Assembly: GCA_038128265.1 (NCBI GenBank)
Contig: JAYPJE010000048.1
Coordinates: forward strand, 4,677-28,830
DNA: 24,154 bases
Reading direction: 5' to 3'
Source of the DNA: Gemmatimonadota bacterium
GTDB lineage: Bacteria > Latescibacterota > UBA2968 > UBA8231
In this document: piece by piece, positions 1 to 9,062 of the stretch
Position numbering within the stretch: the first letter of the stretch is position 1
How the letters are laid out: each line of letters starts with the position of its first letter
The notes under the pieces: model-generated
What the model saw: only the letters and a program-made list of their open reading frames with translations
What the model was told of the DNA's origin: nothing
Database searches by the model: none
Program-made: the position numbers and the translations under genes

Positions 1-104
1 GTCAGGCCGTTGAGCGTCAGCGGATAGTACTCGGGCGTAGTAATCTCCTTCTCAACCAGCGCTCCCAGCACGCGTACCTCTACGTCGTTTAGCAGGGTTT
101 CCAT
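1..104 (-). CDS. yceH: YceH/DUF480 family protein, N-terminal part (runs off window start)
   Basis: Not in the ORF track. Manual translation from ATG at 104 gives [34 protein letters not shown], matching the family N-terminal signature E-x-R-V-L-G-x-L-x-E-K-x-x-T-T-P-x-x-Y-P-L-T-L-N. Confidence 0.9.
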   Translation of the reverse strand, partial: METLLNDVEVRVLGALVEKEITTPEYYPLTLNGL

Positions 105-111
105 CTATCTA

Positions 112-729
112 TTACTCTCCAGCCATTAGGTCAAATGCGTAAAAGCGATTGGTTCCTTCGCACCCCGTAATGCCCGCATAGAGTCGCTCGGGTAGATCCA
201 GTCTCACGCCAACGCTATGCATCCCGCAGTGCACGGCCAGCGCGGGGCCTTCGCGTTCGACTTCAACCACGTAGCGCGTGTGCGCATCCACCGCAAAACG
301 AGCCCACGCCACCCGGTGCCAATAGGGTCCCCGCTGGGCACTCCAGCGGTGGTGCCAAATGTTGATGCCCTCGTTGAAAAGCACGACTTCAACGTGCTCG
401 CGATACACGCGCCGACCGCAAGCTTCGAGCACAGGTTCGGTCGCCAGGACAATCAGCGGGGCCATGCACTGGTCAAAGGCCATCTCAGCGCGTACTCTCA
501 GCGCGCATTCTACGGGCTCCCGATAGAGCATGCTGGCATAGGTCTCACCGGCGCGCGGGCCCTGCATTTCCGCCGGCGTCGCGTCAGCCGGCACCTGGTT
601 GCGAATGTGGTCGGGCTCGGCCAACCAAGTCCCTTCATGGGACCAGCGGGGGCTGCTGACGGGCAGCCAGTCTTCTGGGTTCCATGCTCCAGCGGCAAAC
701 AGACATGAATAGGAGAGAGTAGATGTCAT
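112..729 (-). CDS. Hypothetical protein, probably all-beta (concanavalin/lectin-like)
   Basis: 205 aa from MTSTLSY. The ATG overlaps the upstream TGA (ATGA, 726-729). Alternating beta-strand patterns (HVEVVLFNEGINIW, YVVEVEREG, LYAGITGCEGTNRFYAF). The fold is an inference. Confidence 0.7.
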   Translation of the reverse strand: MTSTLSYSCLFAAGAWNPEDWLPVSSPRWSHEGTWLAEPDHIRNQVPADATPAEMQGPRAGETYASMLYREPVECALRVRAEMAFDQCMAPLIVLATEPVLEACGRRVYREHVEVVLFNEGINIWHHRWSAQRGPYWHRVAWARFAVDAHTRYVVEVEREGPALAVHCGMHSVGVRLDLPERLYAGITGCEGTNRFYAFDLMAGE

Positions 730-1322
730 CGTGCAGCCTGGCTGCGCTTTCCCAACGTCGGGAGCCCTTCTAAGAGAACGTCTACCACATCCTGCACGGA
801 ACAATGATCCATCGCCAATACCTGGTCTGCGGCCCTTTCCGCCCCTTCTAATGCTTCAAAGAGCGGGCGCAGCTGCTGATAGTGGGTGAGTGGCTGAGGT
901 ATATGGGGATGATAGCGGGGGCCGCGTTCGCTAATCTGCTGCCGCACCTGCCAGTACACGGATGTCGGCGCCAACGAGAGGAATATTAGCGCCGCTTCCT
1001 CGCCAATAAGGCGGCAGTTTTCCTGCTGTGCCAGCGTGCCCTCGCCGACGATAATCAACCCGTGCGGATGGGCATTGAGCGCCCGCTCCAGGTACTCGGA
1101 CTCCCCCCGGCGCAGCGCGTCTTCGCCCTCTGCCTGCACAAAATCCCACAGCGACGTTCCCACCTGGTGCTCCAACCAGCGGTCTAGATCGACCAAGGTC
1201 AGCCCACTGAGCGTGGCCAAGTAGTGGCCCACTTCGCGATAGGGTGCACTCGGCACGCCGCCCAGCACAATGGGACGCTCTATCTGCACCGTTGGGTGAT
1301 AATCGTAATAATCGTCAGACAT
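726..1322 (-). CDS. Shikimate kinase-like protein with degenerate P-loop
   Basis: PIVLGG...LATLSGLTLVDLDRWLEHQVGTSLWDFVQAEGEDALRRGESEYL...IIVGEG follows the AroK pattern (DxD, GExxFRxxE, GGG). Walker A reads GVPSAPYR. Start placed at the ATG of MSDDYY. Confidence 0.75.
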   Translation of the reverse strand: MSDDYYDYHPTVQIERPIVLGGVPSAPYREVGHYLATLSGLTLVDLDRWLEHQVGTSLWDFVQAEGEDALRRGESEYLERALNAHPHGLIIVGEGTLAQQENCRLIGEEAALIFLSLAPTSVYWQVRQQISERGPRYHPHIPQPLTHYQQLRPLFEALEGAERAADQVLAMDHCSVQDVVDVLLEGLPTLGKRSQAAR

Positions 1323-1383
1323 GAGAATAAAAAGTGGTTGAATCTCCAATATTGTAACAATTGCGCTTTACATTATTGCGCGC

Positions 1384-2493
1384 ATGAGAAAAACGAAACG
1401 ACACGGCGCGCTGCGCTGGCTGCGCTGCGACCTGCATACCCACTGCGAAGACCACGGCATGGTCGAGGCCCACTTAGAGGGCGCGGCCGAGCGACTCGAC
1501 GTCGTCGCCCTGACCAACCACGCGCAAAAACCTATTTTCTTCGAGCAGCACGCAATGGTTGAAAGGGCGCGCCGCCTGATGCCCGAAGGGCTCGTGCTCT
1601 TCGGCATGGAGTGGAATGCACCGCTCGGCGTCCACGCCAACCTCGTCTTTCCCCCCGGACCCAACGAAGCGGAGCACGCTTATGCCTTTGCCCGGACGTA
1701 CGACCGTCTGGGTTCGGGAGGCACCCCCACGCCCGAAGGAGCGCTGGAGGCGCTAGCCGCTCTACCACAAGACGAGCGCCCAGTGCTGTTTTTCAACCAC
1801 CCGTCGCCCGGCCAGTGGTCAAGCGAAACCATCGCCCGCTACCTGCGCGCCGACCGGGGCGGCGTCATTGTCGGCATAGAAGCGCTGCACGGCCATCAGC
1901 TGCACGCCAAGGTCGCTGCCCTCGATCCCTTTGTCTATCCGGGCAGCGCCGCCGGCGGCCTCTGCGACGACGTCTATGCGCAGGAACGCCCGTTTGCCCT
2001 ATTGGCGCACTCCGACTTCCACGTCCACAAAATGAGCAGCCAGCCGGACTATTCCCTCGGCGTTTTTAACCACACGCGCGCTGGCGTGGCTCCCGACTGC
2101 TGGACCGCAGCAGATTTCTTCGCCGCGCTGCGCGGCGGGCGCAGCTGTGCGGCACAGGGCCACTGGCTAGAGCTGCGCGACTTCTGCTTGGGCGATGCGC
2201 AGATGGGCGACGCGCTGCGCGCAAACGACGATCCCTTGCGCATCGCATTTGCAAGCGACGAAGCGGTCGGGCGCGTCGAGCTCATAGGCCGCTTGAGCGC
2301 CAGTGCACCAGCCGCTGTTCTACACGACTTCGGACCGCTGTCCGCCGGCGCACACGCGCTCGAATGGGATGTCCCCGCCGGCGCGACCGGATTTGTGCGC
2401 CTGCGCATAGCCGCCGCTAGCCACCGGCGACCCGAGCCCGGCCCAGACGGCCCCAAGCTCTTCCAGACGGCCGCCATTATACTGGCGGCCTGA
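1384..2493 (+). CDS. PHP-domain metallohydrolase with C-terminal beta domain
   Basis: PHP metal-ligand motifs in order: CDLHTH, ALTNH, GMEW...H, FNHP, AHSDFH. Confidence 0.8.
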   Translation: MRKTKRHGALRWLRCDLHTHCEDHGMVEAHLEGAAERLDVVALTNHAQKPIFFEQHAMVERARRLMPEGLVLFGMEWNAPLGVHANLVFPPGPNEAEHAYAFARTYDRLGSGGTPTPEGALEALAALPQDERPVLFFNHPSPGQWSSETIARYLRADRGGVIVGIEALHGHQLHAKVAALDPFVYPGSAAGGLCDDVYAQERPFALLAHSDFHVHKMSSQPDYSLGVFNHTRAGVAPDCWTAADFFAALRGGRSCAAQGHWLELRDFCLGDAQMGDALRANDDPLRIAFASDEAVGRVELIGRLSASAPAAVLHDFGPLSAGAHALEWDVPAGATGFVRLRIAAASHRRPEPGPDGPKLFQTAAIILAA

Positions 2494-2506
2494 GGCACGG
2501 CTACAC

Positions 2507-2821
2507 CTACGACGGCGCGCGGCGCAGAACGACCAGCGTCGCCCCCCAGCTGCCCTCGCCCATGCCGCCCAGCCGATACGTCTCGACGTCGTCGAGGCGA
2601 TCCAGCAGCGCGTGCACGGAACGGCGCAGCGCACCGGTTCCCTTGCCGTGCACAACACGCACTTGATAGATCCCCTTTTCCCGACAGGCCTCAAAGTAGT
2701 CGGGCAGCAGCGTCTTTACGTCGCGCGGGTGAAAGGTGTGCAAGTCGAGCGTGCCGTCGATGGGCATTTCTACCGCGTCGGGCGCACCGTATTCCTCGTC
2801 ATCGGCCATGTCCCAGAACAT
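2507..2821 (-). CDS. Stand-alone Smr/MutS2 C-terminal domain protein
   Basis: TLDLHTF, VRVVHGKGTGALR and GSWGATLVVL motifs. Alternative start at ATG 2809. Confidence 0.9.
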   Translation of the reverse strand: MFWDMADDEEYGAPDAVEMPIDGTLDLHTFHPRDVKTLLPDYFEACREKGIYQVRVVHGKGTGALRRSVHALLDRLDDVETYRLGGMGEGSWGATLVVLRRAPS

Positions 2822-2944
2822 ATCCGCGCCGCACCCTGCACACAATCCCGGCAGGTGCGCTCCCGCAGCATTGTGCCCGTAGCAGTTATTGGCTACTCAT
2901 TACGTAACGCTAGGCCAGTAGACCTCTTTCGACGGAGTCCACCT

Positions 2945-3973
2945 ATGACTACGCGCGCACCGCTGCGCATCGGTGTGATCGGCGCCGGAGCCTTTGCTTC
3001 GCGCCGCCACTGCCCCGACATCCTCAAGCACCGGGAAGCCGAGCTGACAGCCCTTTGCCGACGCGACGCGCAGGCGCTGCGCACAATGGCTGAAGCCTTT
3101 GACGTAGAGCACACTTTTTCCGACCACCGCGCGCTGATCGAAAGCGGGTTGGTCGACGCCGTGCTGGTCGCCTCGCCGCACGACCTGCACTACGAGCACG
3201 CGCGCGATGCGCTAGCGGCGGGGCTGCACGTGCTGGTGGAAAAGCCCATCACAACCGATGTCGAGCAAGGGCGTGCACTAATCGCGCTGGCCGACGAAGC
3301 GGACCGCACGCTGATCGTCGCACAAAATCCCCCCTATTGGAGCCACTGCCGCCATCTGCGCGACCAGTTCCGCAGCGGTCGTTTGGGCGAGTTGGAATCG
3401 GCCTCCATAAACTGGGTGGGCAACGCCCTGGCCGTGCTCGGCCTCGAACCCATGCCGGCGCAGATGCCCGGCGTCGTGCCGCCAACGCTCTACCGCGCCA
3501 GCGCCGACCAGAACGGCGGCGGCTTTCTCATGGACAACGGATCGCACCTGCTGTGCGAGCTGGTTTGGTGCTGCGAGCGCCGCGTCGTAGAGGTCGCAGC
3601 GCACATGGACAACGCCGCCTTTGACGTGCGCTGCGCGCTGAGCATGCGGCTGGACAACGGGGCGCTCGTAACGCTGAGCCAAACGGCGGACAGCCGTATT
3701 CGCGCCAAGCGCCAGCACAACCTCTACTACGGCAGCGAGGGAACCGTTGTGCTGCGCGGTTTCCCCTTTTCGCTAGAGTATACCCGCGACGGACAGGTCG
3801 AGCAGGTGCGCGAAGAAGACCTGCCCGAACCGCCGACGCCGGTAGGTGATTTCATCGACTGTGCTCTGGGCAGGAGCACAGGAGAAATCAGCGGGGAAGC
3901 GGCTGTGCACGTGGTAGAAATCGTGCGGGCAGCGCAGACCTCGGCCAGAGAAGGGCGCGCTGTGGCGCTCTAG
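2945..3973 (+). CDS. Gfo/Idh/MocA family NAD(P)-dependent oxidoreductase
   Basis: LRIGVIGAG Rossmann motif, DAVLVASPHDLH, GLHVLVEKP, GGGFLMDNGSH. GGAG RBS upstream of ATG 2945. The ORF-track start at 2612 overlaps the Smr gene. Confidence 0.92.
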   Translation: MTTRAPLRIGVIGAGAFASRRHCPDILKHREAELTALCRRDAQALRTMAEAFDVEHTFSDHRALIESGLVDAVLVASPHDLHYEHARDALAAGLHVLVEKPITTDVEQGRALIALADEADRTLIVAQNPPYWSHCRHLRDQFRSGRLGELESASINWVGNALAVLGLEPMPAQMPGVVPPTLYRASADQNGGGFLMDNGSHLLCELVWCCERRVVEVAAHMDNAAFDVRCALSMRLDNGALVTLSQTADSRIRAKRQHNLYYGSEGTVVLRGFPFSLEYTRDGQVEQVREEDLPEPPTPVGDFIDCALGRSTGEISGEAAVHVVEIVRAAQTSAREGRAVAL

Positions 3974-4169
3974 CGCCGTGCGCCTTCCCTATGCCAACGA
4001 GCGCTTTGCTGGCGAGTGTGTCGTTGACCCGTCGAGCGGCCGCAGCGGATCGCGACTGGACGCCGTGCCAATCGCACCTAGGTTTAGGTGACCGCGCCCC
4101 AGCCTGAGCGTTGATCCGTCCAATGTCGGGCCACGGCACACGTATCCGATCCACTCCGCGAAAGACGCG

Positions 4170-5435
4170 ATGCGCTTTTCTCTATTCCTTTGCCACATTG
4201 TGATCGCCGGCACCCTAGCCGCTCAAGACTACCCACCCGGCACCTTCCAACTGACACCGCAAATCGACCTCGGTCTGCGCCCCGTGCCCGTCGACGGACT
4301 GCCCGGGCGCACGCTCAGCCTGCCGCCTGGTTTCAAGGTGCGCTTTTTCAGCGGCGAAGTAAACCATCCCCGCTTTATGGCGTTTGATGGTAACGGCGTG
4401 CTGCACGTGGGGAATTTCAACACGCTGCGCAGCGGCTACTGGTATAAAGGGCCCTGGCGCGATGCGACGGTGCTGGCCATGCCCGATGCCGACGGCGACG
4501 GTCGCGCCGATCGCGTCTACGTGGCCGCCGACGACTTGCAGCTACCGCACAGCGTCGCCTTTTACGGGGGCCATCTCTACGTAGCCGACCACGACGTCAT
4601 TTATAAAATGTTCGACGGCGACGGCGACGGCTACTACGAAGAGCGCGAGGTGTTTCTCGAAGTGCCCGGCGTTATGAACCGCTCCTCCGAGCACGTTACC
4701 CACACGCTGGTCTTTGATGAGCACAACAAAAAACTCTATCTCCACGTTGGCTCCGGCTGCGACCTGTGCCGCGAAGACGATCCCGAACGCGCTACGATCC
4801 TGCAGTTTAACGTCGACGGCAGCGGGCGCCGCATATACGCTTCCGGCATGCGCAATACCGTCGGCATGGACCTGCACCCCATCACCGGCCAGCTGTGGGC
4901 CGCAGGCCACGGCCACGACCGCGAGGGGCCCAGCCTACCACCCGAATGGATCAGCATCATTCGCCCCGGTTCCTTTCACGGCTGGCCCCTGGCCTACGCC
5001 TATCGCAGCTGGATCGATTTTTCCAATCCGCTATACGCCCGCGAGATGCTGCCCATTACAGCCCAGGACAGCGCCCTAGTAGAGCGCGTGGAGCGGCCAA
5101 CGGCGCTGGTCGACGCCCACCTAGGCCCGATGGGGCTGCACTTCTACACGCGCGACCAGTTTCCCGAACGCTACAGGAACGCCGCCTTTATCGCCTTTCA
5201 CTCGGGCACGGGCAGCAGCTTTGATCCGGGCTACAAGCTGTCGGTGCTCTTTAGCGAACCCGACGGCACGCATGCGCGCATGGCCGACTTTATGACCGGC
5301 TTTCGCCCAGATCCACAGGACAGCTTCTACTGGGCCCAGCCCATGGGCGTCGTCACCGACAGAGACGGCTTCCTATACATCAGCAGCGACCTGGTCACCC
5401 CCGGCATTTTTCGCATCCAATACGACCCCGAATAG
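4170..5435 (+). CDS. Secreted PQQ-dependent sugar / L-sorbosone dehydrogenase-like beta-propeller
   Basis: Signal peptide (MRFSLFLCHIVIAGTLAA/QD), LPPGFKV, PRFMAF, DADGDGRAD, VGSGCDLCRE, YASGMRN, FHGWP, AHLGPMGLHFY, GYKL, LYISSD. Confidence 0.85.
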   Translation: MRFSLFLCHIVIAGTLAAQDYPPGTFQLTPQIDLGLRPVPVDGLPGRTLSLPPGFKVRFFSGEVNHPRFMAFDGNGVLHVGNFNTLRSGYWYKGPWRDATVLAMPDADGDGRADRVYVAADDLQLPHSVAFYGGHLYVADHDVIYKMFDGDGDGYYEEREVFLEVPGVMNRSSEHVTHTLVFDEHNKKLYLHVGSGCDLCREDDPERATILQFNVDGSGRRIYASGMRNTVGMDLHPITGQLWAAGHGHDREGPSLPPEWISIIRPGSFHGWPLAYAYRSWIDFSNPLYAREMLPITAQDSALVERVERPTALVDAHLGPMGLHFYTRDQFPERYRNAAFIAFHSGTGSSFDPGYKLSVLFSEPDGTHARMADFMTGFRPDPQDSFYWAQPMGVVTDRDGFLYISSDLVTPGIFRIQYDPE

Positions 5436-6884
5436 CGTGCGGCAGGAAACATTTCCCGCTCTCCACTCGTCTCATGCTTCCAGATACGTCTTTTTGCATA
5501 ACCCGGCGCGGCGCTGGCGCGTCTCTAAACGGGGTGGCCATAGACCCGACCCGCGACGAGCGCAGGAGAGCCAACTCCTCGCCGCCAATCAGCATACGCT
5601 AGACGAGAGAATGCACGATGAAAAAATGGATCGCCTCACTCGCCCTGGGCATAGCCCTTACGAGCGCCGAATCTTCGCCCGCGGTAGCACAGCAAGACTA
5701 CCCGCCGGGTGAGCTACGCCTTGCGCCCAAAGTGGACTTGCATCTGCAGCCCACGCCCATCGAAGGGCTGCCGGGGCGCTCGCTCAACCTGCCGCCCGGC
5801 TTTAAGATCAAGCTTTTTTCGAACCGGGTGAACAAGGCGCGTTTTATGGCCTTTGACGACCGCGGCGTGCTGCACCTGGCCAATATGCACACTCGAGGCA
5901 CCAACCAGTGGTCGCCCGACCCGGGACGCACCAGCGACGTGCTGGCTTTTCTCGACCCCGACGGCGACGGCCGCGCCGACAGCGTTTACGTGGCAGCCGA
6001 CAGCTTTCTCTGGCCGCACAGCATCGCTTTTTACCGAGGCCACCTCTACGTGGCCGACCACGACATGATCTACAAGATGTCCGACGGCGACGGCGACGGC
6101 TACTACGAGGAACGCGAGGAGTTTATCCGAGTGCCCGGCATCATGGGCCGTGCCTCCGAACACATTACGCACACCCTCGTCTTTGACGAGCAGACCGACA
6201 AGCTCTATTTCCACGTCGGCTCCGGCTGCGACCTGTGCCGCGAGGACGACCCCGAGCGCGCCACGATTCTACAGTTCAACGCAGACGGCAGCGGGCGCCG
6301 CATATACGCCAGCGGCCTGCGCAACGCCATCGGCATGGACTTGCACCCCATCACCGGCCAGCTCTGGGCCGCCGGCAACGGACACGACCGCGAAGGAGCC
6401 GCACTGCCACCCGAGTGGATCAACATCATTCCCGAAAACTCCTTTCACGGCTGGCCCCTGGCCTTTGGCTACCAGAAATGGGTCGACTTTTCCATATCAC
6501 AGTACCGGGACGCAATCTTTCCGATCACCGCCCAAGACAGCGCGCGCGTGACCAGCATCCGCCGCCCTGTAGCACTGGTGCCAGCCCACCTAGCGCCAAT
6601 GGGGCTACACTTCTACACCCGCGACCAATTCCCGCCGCAGTATAAGAATGCCGCCTTCGTCGCCTTCCGCGCCGGCGTGCTGGGCAACGATCCCGGCTAT
6701 AAAGTGTCCGTGCTGTTCAGCGAACCGGATGGGTCCAATGCGCGCATCGGCGACTTTGTCACCGGCTTTCGCCCCGACCCCAATAGCAACGAGTTCTGGG
6801 GCACGCCGGTCGGCCTAATCACCGACGATAGGGGCTTTCTCTACCTGACCAGCGACCGCTTTACCCAGGCCATTTTCCGCATCG
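4224..6884 (+). repeat. Tandem gene duplication: ~1.2 kb propeller-coding segments (about 4224-5420 and 5693-6884)
   Basis: Colinear proteins with long identical blocks (HVGSGCDLCREDDPERATILQFN; GMDLHPITGQLWAAG; PMGLHFYTRDQFP). Matching DNA such as ggctccggctgcgacctgtgccgcga occurs in both copies. Confidence 0.9.
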
Positions 6885-7960
6885 AGGCCAGTTCCCTGCA
6901 GGGGCTATGGGAAAATCCTCCTGCCGACAGCCTGCTGGTCGGGTCGACGCTGCGCATCAACTCGACGCTGCGCATCGTGCGCCAGCCCGACCCGGAACAG
7001 CCGGTGCGCGCCGTTGCCGACCTAAGCGCCTTTGGTGGCCCGGCAGAGCTGCCGTTGGAGCGCATCGACAACGCGACCTATCGCCTGCAGGCCGAGGTGC
7101 CGGCCGGCCCAGACAACGGGCGCAGAAATATCACCATCGCGCTGGAACAGGCCGGTGAGCGCAATCAGATTACGCGCTCCGTCGTTGTCCTCCCCGAACG
7201 CGATCGCATCGTCTACGACGATCTGCTGCGCTGGAATCAGGGAACGCTCTTTAGCGCCGCGCTCGACGGGGCACAGACCGATACGACCTTTGCCGGACAA
7301 ACTGCGCTGCGAGTGGAGGCCACCGGCTTCACCATAGAGTGGATGCCGCCAACACCGGTTGAACAGGCCGGCTACAGAGCGCTGCGCTTTGCGGTACATC
7401 CAGGTAATGCGACGGGCGGGTTCCGCCCCTCATTTTCCATAACGGCCAACGGCCAAACGGACCAATTGTTCAGCGTAATCGAGCAAATAGATCTGGAGAA
7501 TCGCAGCTGGCAGGTCGTCGAAGTGCCGCTGGATAGGCTACCGCTTGACGGCCGCATAGAGTCGCTGCGCATAGTGGGGAGCCTACGCGGCACATTCTAC
7601 ATCGACGATGTGCGCCTGGTTGCAGCAGGCCCGCCGAACGGTCCAACCGCCGTCGAGGAAGCCGATGCGAGCTCCGCGCCGGTCGATTTCGCCTTGGAAG
7701 CCAACTACCCCAACCCGTTTAATGCGCGCACGACGCTGCGCTACCGTCTGAACACCGCCGGTTCGGTGCAACTCGATATCTACAGCCTCAGCGGTCAAAA
7801 AGTGCGCACGCTGATTGACGGGATGCAGCAGGCCGGATCCTACAGCGTGGTGTGGAACGGTGACGATAGCGACGGACGCGGTGTAGCCAGTGGGGTTTAC
7901 CTGGCCCGCTTGGAGGGGCTGGGCGCAGCACAGGTGCACAAAATGCTCTTGTTGAAGTAG
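5618..7960 (+). CDS. Secreted PQQ/sorbosone dehydrogenase-like propeller with accessory beta domains and C-terminal FlgD-Ig/T9SS-type sorting domain
   Basis: Signal peptide. N-terminal ~420 aa is paralogous to 4170..5435. Then an Ig-like region, a CBM-like region (WQVVEVPL...FYIDDVRLV), and PTAVEE...FALEANYPNPFN...GQKVRTL...WNGDD...VASGVYLARL...KMLLLK. Confidence 0.88.
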   Translation: MKKWIASLALGIALTSAESSPAVAQQDYPPGELRLAPKVDLHLQPTPIEGLPGRSLNLPPGFKIKLFSNRVNKARFMAFDDRGVLHLANMHTRGTNQWSPDPGRTSDVLAFLDPDGDGRADSVYVAADSFLWPHSIAFYRGHLYVADHDMIYKMSDGDGDGYYEEREEFIRVPGIMGRASEHITHTLVFDEQTDKLYFHVGSGCDLCREDDPERATILQFNADGSGRRIYASGLRNAIGMDLHPITGQLWAAGNGHDREGAALPPEWINIIPENSFHGWPLAFGYQKWVDFSISQYRDAIFPITAQDSARVTSIRRPVALVPAHLAPMGLHFYTRDQFPPQYKNAAFVAFRAGVLGNDPGYKVSVLFSEPDGSNARIGDFVTGFRPDPNSNEFWGTPVGLITDDRGFLYLTSDRFTQAIFRIEASSLQGLWENPPADSLLVGSTLRINSTLRIVRQPDPEQPVRAVADLSAFGGPAELPLERIDNATYRLQAEVPAGPDNGRRNITIALEQAGERNQITRSVVVLPERDRIVYDDLLRWNQGTLFSAALDGAQTDTTFAGQTALRVEATGFTIEWMPPTPVEQAGYRALRFAVHPGNATGGFRPSFSITANGQTDQLFSVIEQIDLENRSWQVVEVPLDRLPLDGRIESLRIVGSLRGTFYIDDVRLVAAGPPNGPTAVEEADASSAPVDFALEANYPNPFNARTTLRYRLNTAGSVQLDIYSLSGQKVRTLIDGMQQAGSYSVVWNGDDSDGRGVASGVYLARLEGLGAAQVHKMLLLK

Positions 7961-7998
7961 GCCAGTCGATGCATCTTCCACCCTCTACTTAACGCAAG

Positions 7999-8535
7999 GT
8001 GGAAGATGCAAACACGATGGTCTACCGCAGCGCGCGACACGACCCACGGAAAGCCCCTAGCGTGGCCGCAACAGATCTGACCACGCCGCCGCTCAACTTT
8101 CCGCGCACCTACGACTTCACTACGCGCACCGTCGACGGCCGGCGCGAGATCCTCGACGGGCTGCGTCGCCAGTATGTCGTCCTGACCCCCGAGGAATGGG
8201 TGCGACAGAACCTTGTGCAGTTTCTCGTGCAGGACATGGACTATCCGCGCGGCCTAATCGCCATCGAGCACTCCCTCGAAGTGCACGGTCAGCTCCACCG
8301 CGCCGATCTGGTCGTCTACGACCGCGGTGGCACGCCGCTGCTAGTGGGCGAGTGCAAAGAGCCGAAGGTAGCTATTTCGCAGGAAACCCTCGATCAGATT
8401 GCCCACTACAACCGCACCCTGCGCGCGCGCTACCTGCTCGTCAGCAATGGCCTGCAGCACTACTGCTACGCCATCGACCGCGAGCGAAACCAGTTTCGCT
8501 TTCTCGACCACCTGCCGCGCTACGCCGAGCTCTAG
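7999..8535 (+). CDS. Stand-alone type I restriction enzyme HsdR N-terminal domain protein (PD-(D/E)xK-like)
   Basis: LTPEEWVRQ, YPRGLIAIE, RADLVVY, GECK, QIAHYN and SNG motifs. Start uncertain (GTG 7999, ATG 8017 or GTG 8062). Confidence 0.85.
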   Translation: MEDANTMVYRSARHDPRKAPSVAATDLTTPPLNFPRTYDFTTRTVDGRREILDGLRRQYVVLTPEEWVRQNLVQFLVQDMDYPRGLIAIEHSLEVHGQLHRADLVVYDRGGTPLLVGECKEPKVAISQETLDQIAHYNRTLRARYLLVSNGLQHYCYAIDRERNQFRFLDHLPRYAEL

Positions 8536-9062
8536 GCCGTTGGGCTAGTCGCGTGCTGGCCGAGCGCCACATCTATTTCCCCCAGCACCCGATCGACGGC
8601 CAGCAGTCGCACGTTGGCTTCGGCCAGCAGCGCCTCGGCCTCTAGGTAGAAGGACTCTGCCACTTCAAAAGACTGATCCTGTTCGATCTGCCAGCCGGCG
8701 GCAATATGCACGCAGGCGCGCTGGCGCAGCTCGACGGCGGTGCGCATATCGGCGTGCGTTTGTTTTAGTTTGCGCGGCGGCGAAACGGAGTCCAACCGAT
8801 CGAGCACGGCCACCAAGCGAGCATCCAACACCTGACAGGCCGCGGCCAGATTCGCGCCCGTGGCGCGGTCAGTAGACCCCACGGCCATCGCACGCAGGGC
8901 CTGCTCGATGTCGTTGATCTCGGCGATGAGGGGCGCGATCTCGGCGCGATACGCTGCGACGCGCTCCGCGTCACCGTAGGGCGTTTCGGCGCGATCTTCG
9001 CCGCAGCTACACAGGGCCAACAACAGCAGCAGCGCAGCGCAGCGGTCTCGCATTTGCATCAT
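8532..9062 (-). CDS. Putative alpha-helical lipoprotein
   Basis: AGGAG RBS before ATG 9062. MMQMRDRCAALLLLLALCSC/G resembles a lipobox, followed by amphipathic helices. Shares a CTAG stop overlap with the convergent HsdR_N gene. Confidence 0.7.
   Translation of the reverse strand: MMQMRDRCAALLLLLALCSCGEDRAETPYGDAERVAAYRAEIAPLIAEINDIEQALRAMAVGSTDRATGANLAAACQVLDARLVAVLDRLDSVSPPRKLKQTHADMRTAVELRQRACVHIAAGWQIEQDQSFEVAESFYLEAEALLAEANVRLLAVDRVLGEIDVALGQHATSPTA

Noticed and set aside
2612..2944. ORF-track N-terminal extensions (also 730-804, 9063-9191, 13457-13540, 23479-23532)
   Set aside because: They overlap neighbouring genes or intergenic DNA. Downstream starts have an RBS or ATGA coupling and match family N-termini.
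5433..5501. Amber read-through joining the first dehydrogenase to downstream sequence
   Set aside because: An in-frame TAA follows after about 21 codons, and the second gene has its own signal peptide.
5496..5533. GCATAACCC and CTCTAAACGGG match two pieces of the T7 terminator
   Set aside because: The spacing and intervening sequence differ, there is no stem or U-tract, and no other vector sequence is present. Treated as coincidence.
5437..5712. 91-aa ORF between the dehydrogenase paralogues, and the many other short antisense or alternate-frame ORFs
   Set aside because: No recognisable motifs, Arg/Pro/Ala-rich composition typical of GC-rich shadow ORFs, and overlap with better-supported genes.
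4224..6884. Duplicated segments as a DGR template/variable repeat pair
   Set aside because: Both copies are full coding genes, differences are not adenine-specific, and there is no reverse transcriptase.
2507..8535. Smr, PHP and HsdR_N genes as an anti-phage defence island
   Set aside because: They are dispersed, in different orientations and separated by metabolic genes. Each is commonly stand-alone.
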